Positions 1 to 37,310 of a stretch of DNA of 64,000 nucleotides are shown in pieces; within the stretch, counting starts at the first letter, position 1, and every line of letters begins with the position of its first letter. The stretch is from Macrostomum lignano (lineage: Eukaryota). The DNA lies in the NCBI GenBank assembly GCA_002269645.1, contig NIVC01000477.1, positions 111,021 to 175,020 of the forward strand, read 5' to 3'. The translations under genes were made by a program, and so were the position numbers. The notes below the pieces were generated by a model, which had not been told where the DNA came from, ran no database searches, and saw only the letters and a program-made list of their open reading frames with translations.

Positions 1-183
1 TCCTTTTAAGATTTTGTCATCATAATCGGTGCCTTATCATACTACTTTCCATATGAGTCTACAAGTAGCATGGAAAAGATTTTTAATAAATAATTTTGAG
101 CAAAATTAAATAAACAATTTTAAGCAAAATTATTTAAATTCAGACACCGAAACTCGTCGCGCCGTCGTCATAGCAACAGCGCG

Positions 184-24486
<24,303 letters not shown>

Positions 24487-24759
24487 AAAAATCCATTTTT
24501 TGGTAGTATTTCTGGTGTAGCTTCTATTGGACTGATAGATTGTCGCGTTAGTGTTCATTGACCTCACCTATGCTGTACGAGTATGGCTGTAGATTATCCA
24601 TTTCTTGGAAAAGGATGCGTGTACGTGAAAATCATTTCTTAGAAAGGCGCTGAATATTACTGTTTCTTGGAAAGTTTATCGATTATCGATAATCATCCCT
24701 GTTTCCTGGAATGTTACGCTCGTATTTACGCACTAAATTCCTATTTCTAGGAAAGTGAC

Positions 24760-25010
24760 GAATGCAATAATAATTCCCGTTTCTTAGAAAAGTTACTGCG
24801 CGATGATGATTATCGTTTCTTAGAAAGTTGACGTGAGCAATAATAATTCCCGTTTCTTAGAAAAGTTACTGCGCGATGATGATTATCGTTTCTTAGAAAG
24901 TTGACGTGAGCAATAATAATTCCCGTTTCTTAGAAAAGTTACTGCGCGATGATGATTATCGTTTCTTAGAAAGTTGACGTGAGCAATGATAATTCCCGTT
25001 TCTTGGAAAG
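24760..25010. repeat. 73-bp higher-order tandem repeat (dimer around gtttcttagaaa)
   Basis: About 3 copies plus degenerate monomers. Confidence 0.85.
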
Positions 25011-25779
25011 CGATGCTCGCTGCCCGCGTTTGCGTTTTTGTTGTCCTCTTTCTTAGAAATCGTGTTGCATTTTAAGGATAACTAGCTACCTATTTTCTGG
25101 AAATAGAGCAGTGTGCACTTCGTCAATTTTTTTCCTTTTAAATTTGTGCTCACAGCAAGTGTCGTCACTATTTTCAAATTGGAAAACTTCAGATTTAACA
25201 GATTCAAAAGACAACTACACTCATTCAGAGTTAAATGAGTTTAAATTGTGATTGATAACCATGAAAATATCACGGAATGTTTTCTATTTTTAACAAAATT
25301 TTTGACAATATATTGAACTGAAATTACTTCATTATAACAATGCAATTCGTGTATTTATTTACTACAGAGTTTGGCCAGTTGTATATCTAAAGTTGTCGTA
25401 TTGTAAACAAGGGGAAAACCTAAACTTCATGACGTCTGTATATTTTTGTATTTTTGAGCCTCGATCTCGATCTTTGTCTCTTGTCCTCCCTCTCTGCGCA
25501 TGTAAAACCCTTAGCTACTCGGAACAAAAAATAAAAAACATATGTATATCAGATACACGTATTTTTGCTCCACAATGAACACAGTGGTTCTGACTGAGTC
25601 AAGATGCATCATTGACCAACTCTGTACACAGCACCTGCATCTATGCATGACTTTTGTTAATGCGTTTTGTACACCTACGTTGGAGTGTCACAGCGGTCTG
25701 CTTATTTTGGAAATGAGTAGCGGGGGCATGAAATTTGAAAAACTAACATAACTCTATTTGAGCTTTATCTTGTAATCTA

Positions 25780-26410
25780 CTTCTATCATCTGCCTCTCAT
25801 CTCTCTCCCTCTAATCTCTCACATCTCATCTCTATCTCTCTTATCTCTCTCCCACTCCACTCTCCCCCTCTCATCTCTCTCCCCTCCACTCTCCCTTACA
25901 CTCTCCCCTCCACTCTCCCGTTCTCATCCGTCTCCTTATCATTTCTCTTCCTCTCATCTCTCTCCCTCTCATCTCTCCTTCTCACTCTCTCTCCCTCTCA
26001 TCCCTCTCCCTTTCATCCCTCTCCCACTCCACTCTTCTCCTCTCATCTCTCTCCCTCTCATCTCTCCTTCTCTCTCCCTCTCATCTCTCTCCCTCTCATC
26101 TCTCTCCCTTTCATCCCTCTCCCTTTCATCCCTCTTCCACTCCACTCTTCTCTTCTCATCTCTCTCCCTCTCATCTCTCTCCCCCTCCACTCTCCCCTCC
26201 ACTCTCCCCTCCACTCTCCCCTCCACTCTCCCCTCCACTCTCCCCTCCACTCTACCCTCGACTCTCCCGCTCTCATCCCTTTCCCTCTTCTCTCTATCTC
26301 TCTCATCTCTCTCCCTCTCATCTCTCTCCCTCTCATCTCTCTTCCTCTCATCTCTCTCTCTCTCATCTCTCTTCCACTCCACTCCACTCTCTCCATCTCA
26401 TATCACTCCT
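25780..26410. repeat. TC-rich low-complexity tract
   Basis: Direct. Confidence 0.9.
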
Positions 26411-26799
26411 CTCATTTTAGTGCATGAGATCCAAAGCCTCTGGCTGCACAGGACACATTTATCCAACTGCTCACTCAATGGATCAATATTTTAATGTTGA
26501 CTATAAGCGGACCGCATGCATTGATTATAAAGCTACGGTTGCTCTGCATAGGGAAGAATAGCCTTATTGCAATAAACTCTTGCTGGTATGAGCTTGTACC
26601 CAATAGAACTGTTAAATATCGTGCAGAAATTTCCTATGGGCAACAGGTTTGGTTCAGAGTACAACGTACTGACTGGAACAACACAAAACAGTAACTATTT
26701 ATGTGAGTAATTTCATAGTGTCTGTAACACACACAGTTTCAGAAAGTACAATTTACAAATTAATGCAAAACAGTAGAAGAGAAAACTAACGCTCAAAGT

Positions 26800-27320
26800 G
26801 GCAGTCCTGACACACTCAAATTTGCAGTCCTGACACACTCAAACTGGCAGGCCTGACACACTCAAATTTGCGGTCCTGACACACTCAAACTGGCAGTCCT
26901 GACACACTCAAACTGGCAGTCCTGACACACTCAAACTGGCAGTCCTGACACACTCAAACTGGCAGTCCTGACACACTCAAATTTGCAGTCCTGACACACT
27001 CAAACTGGCAGTCCTGACACACTCAAACTGGCAGTCCTGACACACTCAAACTGGCAGTCCTGACACACTCAAACTGGCAGTCCTGACACACTCAAACTGG
27101 CAGTCCTGACACACTCAAACTGGCAGTCCTGACACACTCAAACTGGCAGTCCTGACACACTCAAACTGGCAGTCCTGACACACTCAAACTGGCAGTCCTG
27201 ACACACTCAAACTGGCAGTCCTGACACACTCAAACTGGCAGTCCTGACACACTCAAACTGGCAGTCCTGACACACTCAAACTGGCAGTCCTGACACACTC
27301 AAACTGGCAGTCCTGACACA
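26800..27320. repeat. 23-bp minisatellite (tggcagtcctgacacactcaaac)
   Basis: About 22 copies just past the CCDC149 stop codon. Confidence 0.97.
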
Positions 27321-27351
27321 TCAAGTCAGGCCTCCTGAAACATCAGAAGCG

Positions 27352-27762
27352 TCAGCCGAATCCTTCGGGATCCCGGCAGGGCCACCGATCCAATCCGTCC
27401 TCGTTATCGCCGCTGCTGCCGCCTCCACCCACACCGCCCTCGCCGCCGCCGCCTCCCGCCTCGCAGCCGGCCACCCTCTCCGGGAACAGGTTCCTCACGT
27501 CGTCCAGGCTGCGAGCTTTGCACACAAAAACTGAGCAGGCGTTTCTCCAATAGCCTGAGCACTCCATGCCTCCCGCCTGCCGCTCCAGGTCCGCCACTCG
27601 CTCAGCTAATAGGCGGTTGGCCTTGCGCTGATGGGTGAGCGCCAGGTTCTTGTCCTGGGAGCGGGTGGGGTGACTCACTGACTAACTAACTAACTAACTA
27701 ATTAACTAACTAACTGACTAACTAACTAACTAACTAATTAACTAACTAACTAACTAACTAAT

Positions 27763-27815
<53 letters not shown>

Positions 27816-27816
27816 G

Positions 27817-27875
<59 letters not shown>

Positions 27876-28058
27876 GACTAACTAACTAACTAACTGACTA
27901 ACTAACTAATTAACTAACTAACTAACTAACTGACTAACTAACTAACTGACTAACTAACTAACTAACTGACTAACTAACTAATTAACTAACTAACTAACTA
28001 ACTGACTAACTAACTAACTGACTAACTAACTAACTAACTAACTGACTAACTAACTAAT

Positions 28059-28091
<33 letters not shown>

Positions 28092-28112
28092 GACTAACTA
28101 ACTAACTAACTG

Positions 28113-28143
<31 letters not shown>

Positions 28144-28170
28144 GACTAACTAACTGACTAACTAACTAAT

Positions 28171-28207
<37 letters not shown>

Positions 28208-28242
28208 GACTAACTAACTAACTAACTGACTAACTAACTAAT

Positions 28243-28279
<37 letters not shown>

Positions 28280-31200
28280 GACTAACTAAATAACTAACTG
28301 ACTAACTAACTAACTAACTAATTAACTAACTAACTAACTAACTAACTAATTAACCAACTAACTAACTAACTAACCTGTATAGTGTCCAGCAAGGCCTTGG
28401 CCAAACTTTGCAGATCGCGCAGTGTGGCAGCACTTGGCGTCAGGGTGGACACCAGGGACCTGACGGTCTTCTGGGTGATGACAGTCTGGGCCGGACAAGC
28501 GGCTTGGGCAGCGGTGACTGTCAGGTCGGATGCCAGCGATGAATTCGATGTCGAGGCCTGCGGCTGTGGCGGCTGCGGCGGCTGCAGCGGCTGCGAAAGT
28601 TGCGCCTGCGGCTGTGTTGGCATCAGGGTGTCGAAGACCGCGGTTTTGTGTCTCTCCAGCATGGACTTGTACTTGGATACGGCTTGGTAAGCCATGGCTC
28701 GCTCCTCCTCCATGTGGTTGAGGCGCTCCTGAGTTGCCATTGGTTCAATCACAGTGTTGTACATTTTTAAAGCCTTTTTATACAAATTTTACATACAAGC
28801 TACTAGTATGGGACTTTTTCAATATCTTTCTCCTCTCAACAATTCTCTTCCCAATCATTGTTTTCCCTTTTCAATTTCTTGTTTACTTTCATTTCTCTTG
28901 TTAGTACCTCTCGCCTTCCCTCTTTCCACTCCTTCTCCCTTCTCCCCTCTCCCTTTTCCCCTCTCCTTTCTCCCTTCTCTCCTCTCCCTTCTCCCTTCCC
29001 CTCTCCCTTCTCCCCTCTCCCTTTTCCCCTCTCCTTTCTCCCTTCTCTCCTCTCCCTTCTCCCCTCTCCCTTTTCCCCTCTCCTTTCTCCCTTCTCTCCT
29101 CTCCCTTCTCCCTTCTCTCCTCTCCCTTCTCCCTTCTCTCCTCTCCCTTCTCCCTTCTCTCTTCTCTTTTCTCTCTTCTCTCTTCTCCCTTCTCCCTTCT
29201 CCCTTATCTCTTCTCCCTTCTCCCCTCACCCTTCTCCCTTATCTCTTCTCCCTTCTCCCCTCTCCCTTCTCCCTTCTCTCCTTTCTCCCTTCTCCCCTCT
29301 CCCTTCTCCCTTATCTCTTCTCCCTTCTCCCCTCTCCCTTCTCCCTTCTCTCCTTTCTCCCTTCTCCCCTCTCCCTTTTCCCCTCTCCTTTCTCCCTTCC
29401 CTCCTCTCCCTTCTCCCTTCTCTCCTCTCCCTTCTCCCTTATCTCTTCTCCCTTCTCCCCTCTCCCTTCTCCCTTCTCTCCTCTCCCTTCTCCCCTCTCC
29501 CTTTTCCCCTCTCCTTTCTCCCTTCTCTCCTCTCCCTTCTCCCTTCTCTCCTCTCCCTTCTCCCTTCTCTCTTCTCCCTTCTCCCCTCTCCCTTCTCCCT
29601 TCTCCCTTCTGTCCGCTCCCTTCTTTTTTTTCTCTTCTCTCCCTTATCCCTCATCCTCCCTCTGCTCTCCCATCACGCATTTAATTCATCCACAGGTAAC
29701 ATTACTAATTACTAACCTGCAAATAGCGATTCTCCATCACCACAGCATCAATATCCAGAATCTTTCCAGCGTCGCCTTTCAAAATGTAGTTGAGCTCGCA
29801 GTTCACTCTGTCATATTTGCCTCTCAAAGCGTCTCTTTCAACAACCAACTCCTCTTTCTCGTCTAGCAGAGTTCTGAGATCTGCTTGCAGTTGGTCGAGT
29901 CGGCTCCGGCAATGCTCAAGCTGCTCAACCAGATTGCAGCGCTCCTGAATCCACGCTGGGTCAAGCAGAGGTTGCTGCTGCTGCTGCTGCTGGTTGCTGC
30001 GTCGCAGCAGTGCCATGTCGCCCTCCAGATTGTCCAATGATTCTTGCAGCTCAGCGTTTCGCGTCTGCAACGCCTTGTTATGCTCAATGCATTCGAATAG
30101 CAACTGTCTGAGCACGGTCTCGTCCCCGCTTTCAACTGAGATCGGCTTCATCTGTTCTTCGAGTAGTTCGCCAAAGCCGAGGGCGCGTCGCATGATTTGG
30201 CAGCGGGCGTGCGCCTGAGGGGGGAGGTTGCGAATCCCTACAGATGTCTATGATGTCTATAGATTTCTGTGATGTCTAGGATGTCTATAGATGTATATGG
30301 TGTCTATAGATGTCTATGATGTCTATAGATTTCTGTGATGTCTAGGATGTCTATAGATGTATATGGTGTCTATAGATGTTTATGATGTCTATAGATGTCT
30401 GTGATGTCTATGATGTCTATAGATGTCTATGGTGTCTATAGATGTTTATGATGTCTATAGATTTCTGTGATGTCTATGATGTCTATAGATGTTTATGATG
30501 TCTATAGATTTCTGTGATGTCTATGATGTCTATAGATGTTTATGATGTCTATAGATGTCTGTGATGTCTATGATGTCTATAGATGTATATGGTGTCTATA
30601 GATGTTTATGATGTCTATAGATGTATATGGTGTCTATAGATGTTTATGATGTCTATAGATGTATATGGTGTCTATAGATGTTTATGATGTCTATAGATGT
30701 ATATGGTGTCTATAGATGTTTATGATGTCTATATATGTATATGGTGTCTATAGATGTCTATGATGTCTATAGATTTCTGTGATGTCTATAGATGTCAATA
30801 GATTTCTATGACGTCTATAGGTTTCTATGACGTCTATAGGTTTCTATGATGTCTATAGATGCTTATGGTGTCTATAGATGTTTATGATGTCTATGGATGT
30901 CTATGATCTCTATGTCTAGATGTTCATGACCATGTTGGTCTCTAAATTTATTCAATGGATTATTCAATGGCACGTAAATTTGCCTCTAGAGCAGACAAAA
31001 ATAACTGTCTATAGAAGATAATATACTTTATACAGATTAAATCAATAGATCAAACAGGATTGTCTCTAGATTAAGTCTATAGATGAGACAGAACTGTCAC
31101 TGGATTAAGTCTACAGGTAAGACAAAAATCTCTAGATTAAATCTATAGACGAGAAAGAAATACCTCTAGATTAAGCAAATGGATCAAACAGGATTGTCTC

Positions 31201-31828
31201 TAGATTAGGTCTATATAGATGAGACAGAATTGTCTCTAGATTAACTCGATCACTAGATCAAACAGGATTGTCCCAAAACTAGTCTATAGATGAGACAGGA
31301 TTGTCTCTAGATTAAGTCAATAGATCAAACAGGATTGTCTCTAGATTAATTCAATAGACACAGCAGAACTGTCTCTAGATCGAGCCTACAGACTCTCACC
31401 TGTTGCGCCAGCGCTTTGAACTCCTCTCTCTCCTCCTTAATCTTGTCCAACTCCCTACAGAGCACGCCGAGCGCTTCGCATTTGCTCACTAATTTTCTTT
31501 TACAGACGTACAGCTCGTTTTTCAAGTTGAACTCAGCAGCAGACTGATGATGATAGTTGTAGGCGGACAGGAGGTCCCCAGTTCGAGACCCGTTCGGGCT
31601 GGAGTAGCGTCGTAGCCGCTGGAACAGCCGCCGATGAAGGGCCGGCCGACCTCCGGCAGCTGAGCTAGCCTGACTGTTCAAGGACTCGCCAGACATCTGC
31701 TTCTGCTGCTGCTGCTGCAGGCAATGGTTATCCGACAGATCAGGGAATAGTGCCCGCTTATCCTGGCTCCTGTCGCTGCTGTCCATGCCCACGTTTGAGT
31801 AGCCAGCAGTGGGCGCAGCATGTGGCAT
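27352..31828 (-). CDS. CCDC149: Coiled-coil domain-containing protein 149 (DUF2353 family)
   Basis: Exons 31828-31400, 30214-29717, 28728-28375 and 27654-27352, all joined in phase 0. Diagnostic segments: LKNELYVCKRKLVSKCEAL, ILDIDAVVMENRYLQERL, VSKYKSMLE, KNLALTHQRKANRLLAERVADLE. The start Met is uncertain. Confidence 0.92.
27680..28374. repeat. (CTAA)n microsatellite filling a CCDC149 intron
   Basis: Direct. Confidence 0.98.
28900..29640. repeat. TC-rich (ctcccttctcc)n tract
   Basis: Direct. Confidence 0.92.
30240..31380. repeat. Two adjacent arrays: (gatgtctata/gatgtctat)n at 30240-30920 and degenerate gtctctagattaa units at 31040-31380
   Basis: Direct. Confidence 0.9.
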
Positions 31829-32389
31829 GCGGGGGCTTTGGAGGATCCGACCTTCTTCAGCTTTCAAAGCTCTCCCTCTAGCCTTGAAGTAGGCATAGCC
31901 AGCCAGCAATATGGAATTGAATTGAATTGAAAAAGAAAATCGATCTATTAATATTTTAGCAGGGTGCAGCTCGGCTGGGGAAGGGGGGGTCCCCACACAC
32001 TTTTGTCTCCTTGAATTGACAAACCGACTGTTCAAAAAGAATTTTCCAGATCGATACAGGCAAGGGGTGAGACAGGGGGGGGGGGGAAACTGCACTCAGC
32101 AATTCTTCGTACGTTCAAGTGGACTGAAGGGCGTTTGCTATTTTTAGAAGCAAGTTCTATGCGATTTGTTATAACGCGACGAATTTTTAAACAATGAAAA
32201 ACATTTATTTTATTTTGCGTACTAAAAGTAGCCAGTACCGAAAGTTTATTAAATAAATTTTCGATATTTTACTAACAGTAGTGTAGAATGAAACGCTTAG
32301 TTAAAAACATAACAACTTAAATTTCAAGCATACTTTTCTAGACACTTTCCTGTTAAACTTTTCATTTGAAGTCTTAAATCTCAAAAAAT

Positions 32390-32850
32390 ACAGGCAGATA
32401 CAGACAAATACATATAGAAACATCCCAGATACAAAACGGCTGATACAGCCAGATATACAGCCAGATATACAGCCAGATATACAGCCAGATATACAGCCAG
32501 ATATACAGCCAGATATACAGACAGATATACAGCCAGATACAGACAGATATACAGCCAGATATACAGACAGATATACAGACAGATACAGACAGATATACAG
32601 ACAGATACAGACAGATATACAGACAGATACAGTCAGATACACAGCCAGATACAGCCAGATACAGCCAGATATACAGCCAGATTTACAGCCAGATACAGCC
32701 AGATGTACAGCCAGATATACAGCCAGATACAGACAGATATACAGAAAGATATACAGACAGATATACAGCCAGATACAGATAGATATACAGACAGATATAC
32801 AGCCAGATACAGATAGATATACAGACAGATATACAGCCAGATACAGACAA
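32390..32850. repeat. Degenerate (cagatatacagc)n
   Basis: Direct. Confidence 0.9.
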
Positions 32851-33441
32851 CAAAAGCCAATACAAAGGAAACTACAGACTGTTACACTCGGACACACAAT
32901 TACTAGTTAAGGGAAAATCCTTTCAGAATATGCGCATCTCACAGTATCAGACAATAATCACTAAATCGAAAGTCAAGAGCTTTACAAGACATTCATAGAG
33001 CTATTTCTCAGAATAGGCTATTCTTTAAAAACTGAATTCTACAATCGAAATCGTATAGCATTACAGAAATACTCCCCGAGATTCCACCAAAGGGATATTG
33101 GACTCCAAAATTTTCAGTTTTTTGATCGGCCGCCTACTCGGGTTCAGTAAAGATTTCTAGCCTTTCTCTTCTAGAAGAAAAAGACAATACACAGCCAGAC
33201 AGCAAGAAAAACACGGGAACAGATTGCGACCAGATGCTGCAGTTGAGCCAGGGACGTTTCTTGAAGCGAAATTGGACACCAACGGCGACTGCGGAGCAGT
33301 CTGTTCCGCTAACAATATGGGAAACATTTCCTACTCTACTTGGGAGCAAAAATCCCTATTTGGGAACTTAAAAAGGGAAAGAGTTTTGAGCAGTTTAAGG
33401 CACGGTAAGACTCGTATTTTCTGCAACTGACTTTGAGCACG

Positions 33442-34788
33442 ATGCAGCTGAGCCTAGCCATTCTAACCGTTGTATTGGTTGCTATGGCAACCGGACAGAC
33501 CGCCAGCGGGATTGACGTCTGCAGCCAGGCCGAGTGCGGCTGCAGGCCCCCCGTTGAGAAGTCTCAGGGCCGCAGCTTCACCAAGACTATCGGCAGCAAG
33601 ATGTGCGTCTGTCTGTGCGGCTCGGTGAGCTTTGATTGGGAGATTGGTTGATATTGGATCCAGGGAAGATCGGTGAGATAGATTGGGAGATAAGGTGAGA
33701 TTAGATTGGAAGATAAGGTGAGATTAGATTGGAGGATAAGGTGATATTAGATCCAGGGAAGATGGTTGAGATTAGATTGTGAGATAAGGTGAGATTAGAT
33801 TGGAAGATCAGGTGAGATTAGATTGGGAGATAATGCAAGATTAGATTGGGAGATAAGGTGGGATTAGATTGGGAGATGAGGTGAGATTAGATTGGGAGGT
33901 CCGTTGAGATTAGATTGGGAGGTCCGGTGAGATTAGATTGGGAGGTCGGATGAGATTAGATTGGAAGGTCGGGTGAGATTAGATTGGGAGGTCGGGTGAG
34001 ATTAGATTGGAGGATCGGGTGAGATTAGATTGGAGGATCGGGTGAGATTAGATTGAAGGTTTCGAGACAGATTAGGTTTAGAGATCGGGTGAAATTATTT
34101 TGGGAGATTGGGTGAGATTAGATTGGAGTATTGAGTGAGATTCAATCCATGGAAGATCAGATGAGATTAGATTGCGAGATCGGGTGCGATTAGATTGAGA
34201 GGTTGGGTTAGATTAGTTGGGGCGATCGGTTGAGACTGGACCCAGGGGAGATCAGATGAGACTAGTTGAGAGGTCGGGTGAGATAAGATTGGAGAATCAT
34301 GTTCAGATTATATTTAAAGATCAGGTAAGATTAAGTTAAGATTAGATTGGGAGATCCGATGAGATAGATTGAGATATTGCTATTAATTGAGATTAGATTG
34401 GGAGATCCGATGAGATAGATTGAGATATTGGTATTAATCAAGATTAGATTGGGAGGCAAGAAAAGATTGGGGTCGAAAACAAAATTAGATGGAACCGGAA
34501 GACCAATTAGAATGAGCAAAGTTGCCAATGCGGACAAACTAAAACTGCGAGTCAACCAACTTCAAGGAAGTAAACGAAGAGTGCAAAACAGACGGACAGT
34601 GCGTGTCCGGGTCCTACTGCAAATTCGAATATTCCACGGCCGATGCGAGTTTCGCCTCGACAGGAAAATGCAAAAGTGAGTTGTTGATTGTAACAGTTGA
34701 GCTTGGCCTATTTTCAGATGTCCTTGTTGTTCGGATTGAGCATGTTTTTCCATTTTCCAACGCCATTTTGCGCCCGTCGAGTTACTAA
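33442..34788 (+). CDS. Small secreted cysteine-rich protein (about 121 aa, 10 Cys)
   Basis: Exons 33442-33624, 34567-34675 and 34718-34788, with GTGAG donors and consistent phases (0, 1). Hydrophobic signal peptide MQLSLAILTVVLVAMATG. Cys pattern C-x4-C-x-C..C-x-C-x-C / C-x5-C-x5-C..C. Confidence 0.7.
33630..34470. repeat. Degenerate 23-bp array (gagattagattgggagataaggt)
   Basis: Begins within 10 nt of the donor at 33625. Confidence 0.9.
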
Positions 34789-34929
34789 GCGGGTGCCAAG
34801 CCTCCAAATTTCAACTCCGAGCGAGATTTTTCATCATACATTTAACATTTCTGGAGCTCTCAGAAGTATTTTAAGCTCTTTAAATAGCTCTGAGAAGTCT
34901 TGATCAGCGAAACTACGCTCGTAGATAAA

Positions 34930-35310
34930 TCTGCAACAGGGTGTCCATAGTCACCTGATGCCACCTGTTGAAGGTCCAGAAGCTCCGCCTGGGTGAAGGC
35001 CAGTGACCAACGAAGTCAGACCTGATGCAGACACGTGTGTTCGACGTGCTGATGAAATTTGGAGGCTTGGCAAGGCTGCACTGAGGCGCAGTGCCGATTG
35101 GCGCAGGGGTGTACTGAATTTACACAGGCGCTTATGGAAAAAATGCGACCTTTTGGAAGAATCGTCGAATATCTCGACAGTCCAGAGGGCTGGCGACTTG
35201 ACTCTTGTTTGATAAGGTGCGCAACAAAAATTTGGCGCGTGTTCTTGAATTTCGTGTGCCTGAGTTGCTCCCTTCTGGAGCAGCAATAAAAATGGTTTGG
35301 GGGAATCCTG
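34930..35310. repeat. Dispersed repeat, homologous to the 57.7-58.5 kb element
   Basis: Shares agaatcgtcgaatatctcgac..agggctggcga..tttcgtgtgcctgagttgc with 58360-58470. Shares caacagggtgtccatagtca..ccacctgttgaaggt in reverse with 58082 and 58233. Confidence 0.8.
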
Positions 35311-36129
35311 TCAGGATGAAATGGAGGAATCTAGCACGCTGACGAGTGTGTCAATGGAGGAATCTAGCACGCTGACGAGTGCGTCAATGGCTGAAACACG
35401 AGTGCGCGTAGCGCACGAGGGTTTTTGCCATAGACGCACAAGTCAAAGTGCTTGATTCCCATTCTTATTTGATCCAACATGTGTGGCTAAAGTAGACAAG
35501 GGTGGAGCTGGGGTGTGGAGTTAGACTTGAACCATAGACAAAATATGCGCGAGCTAGTCTGAACATTCTTGCACGATGGAAAGAAGATTGTGCTTGTAGT
35601 CTATGGCTGTTATGCTAAATATAGAAACATTGCGCATTACATTCTTGCACTATTGACATTCCTGCACGGAGTGCACATGTAAATTCAAGGTGCTTTTACC
35701 ATAGACACTTGCATTTCTGCACGCATATGGCGACTTCCAAAGCATTCTTGCACGCTGGATCAAATAAGAATCATGTTTTATGGCGCCAACTAAACTCAAC
35801 TAAAATTAAGGCAACTGCGAGCGCAAGGAGTGCCCCCAGTTTCACGAGTGCAGCATCTCCTCAGCCGATGGCACAGCGACCTGCGCCTGCAGCAGCTATC
35901 CCTGCGATAACAGCGTCGTTGTTCCAATCTGCGCCGCTGCCATCGACGACAGGACAATCCTGCGGTTCAATAACACGTGAGGTTTACCTGTGATCATTTG
36001 GATAATTATGTTAATCCATTTAGATTACATATATACCCAGATTAACTTGTTGTTTTCATGCCTAGGATGCTCGATGAGTGGCGATAAAAACTGTAGGTGT
36101 GATATCCTGTCTAAAAGGTGTGACTACCA

Positions 36130-36430
36130 TCTGTCTAACAGTCCAGCTGTGAAACCCTCTGTCTAACAGGTGTAACACCCTCTGTCTAGCAGGTGTGATA
36201 CCCTCTGTCTAAAAGGTAGGTGTGGTACCCTCTGTCTAAAAGGTGTGACACCCTCTGTCTAACAGGTGCGACACCCTCTGTCTAACAGGTGTGATTGTCA
36301 TCTGTGTAACAGGTTTGACGCCCTCTGTCCAACAGATGTGACACCCTCTATCTAACAGGTGTGATTGTCATCTAACAAGTGTGACACTCTCTATCTAACA
36401 GGTGTAACTACCAACTGTCTAACAGGTGTT
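36130..36430. repeat. 23-bp array (ccctctgtctaacaggtgtgaca)
   Basis: Direct. Confidence 0.88.
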
Positions 36431-37009
36431 ATTGCTATCTTTTGCTTCGATGTTACAAAAACATACATGCACTTCATGAAATCAACAACCCCACCAACTC
36501 CAGATGCCTGTTCATCAACGCAAACTGCGAACGAAAGTCTAAAGGTCTCAGCGAGTTGAAATCTTTTGTTTGCATGGGCAGTTAAAAGTACATCGTGTAC
36601 ATGTGTACTTCGGAGCCACCAGTCAGTCCAGGAGACGAAGACAATAGAATGAATTGCTGCCCACTTGGAACTATCTTTGACACTGCATACTAAATTTGTT
36701 GATGCCAATGACGGGTATTAATTATCTATTGGTGATCGGTAAAAAACATTATAATATAATAAACAATTTTCATTGGTCAAGCTAAGAATGCGAATATTTG
36801 TGCATGGCTGACGTAACTAGGCGAACTTGAATTTATAATTTATAAAATTTCATGCTTACTTGTCAACATTTGTCAAGTCTTCTATAGCACAGTTGAATTA
36901 CAAAATAGTCTTTTTACTTTTAGGAAGAAGCTCGTGTGCTTAACGTCTATCATCACATGATATCATCACATCACATGATATGACCCACCAATTAGTGGTC
37001 TTTGTAGCT

Positions 37010-37310
37010 TAACTGTGACACCAATTAGTCTCTTTAGAGCAAGTGCGACACTGATTAGTATTTATAGATCAACTGCGACACCGATTAGTCTTTGTAGTTC
37101 AACTTTGACACCAATTAGTCTTTGTAGCTCAACTTTGACACCGATTAGTCTTCGTTATAGCTTAACTGCGACACCGATTAGTCTTTGTAGCTCAATTGTG
37201 GCACCAATTAGTCATTGTAGAGCAAGTGGGACACCAATTAGTCATTGTAGAGCAAGTGTGACACCGATTAGTCTTTGTAGCTAAACTTTGACACTGATCA
37301 GTCTTTGTAG
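37010..37310. repeat. 30-bp array (tgacaccaattagtctttgtagctcaactt)
   Basis: Direct. Confidence 0.88.
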
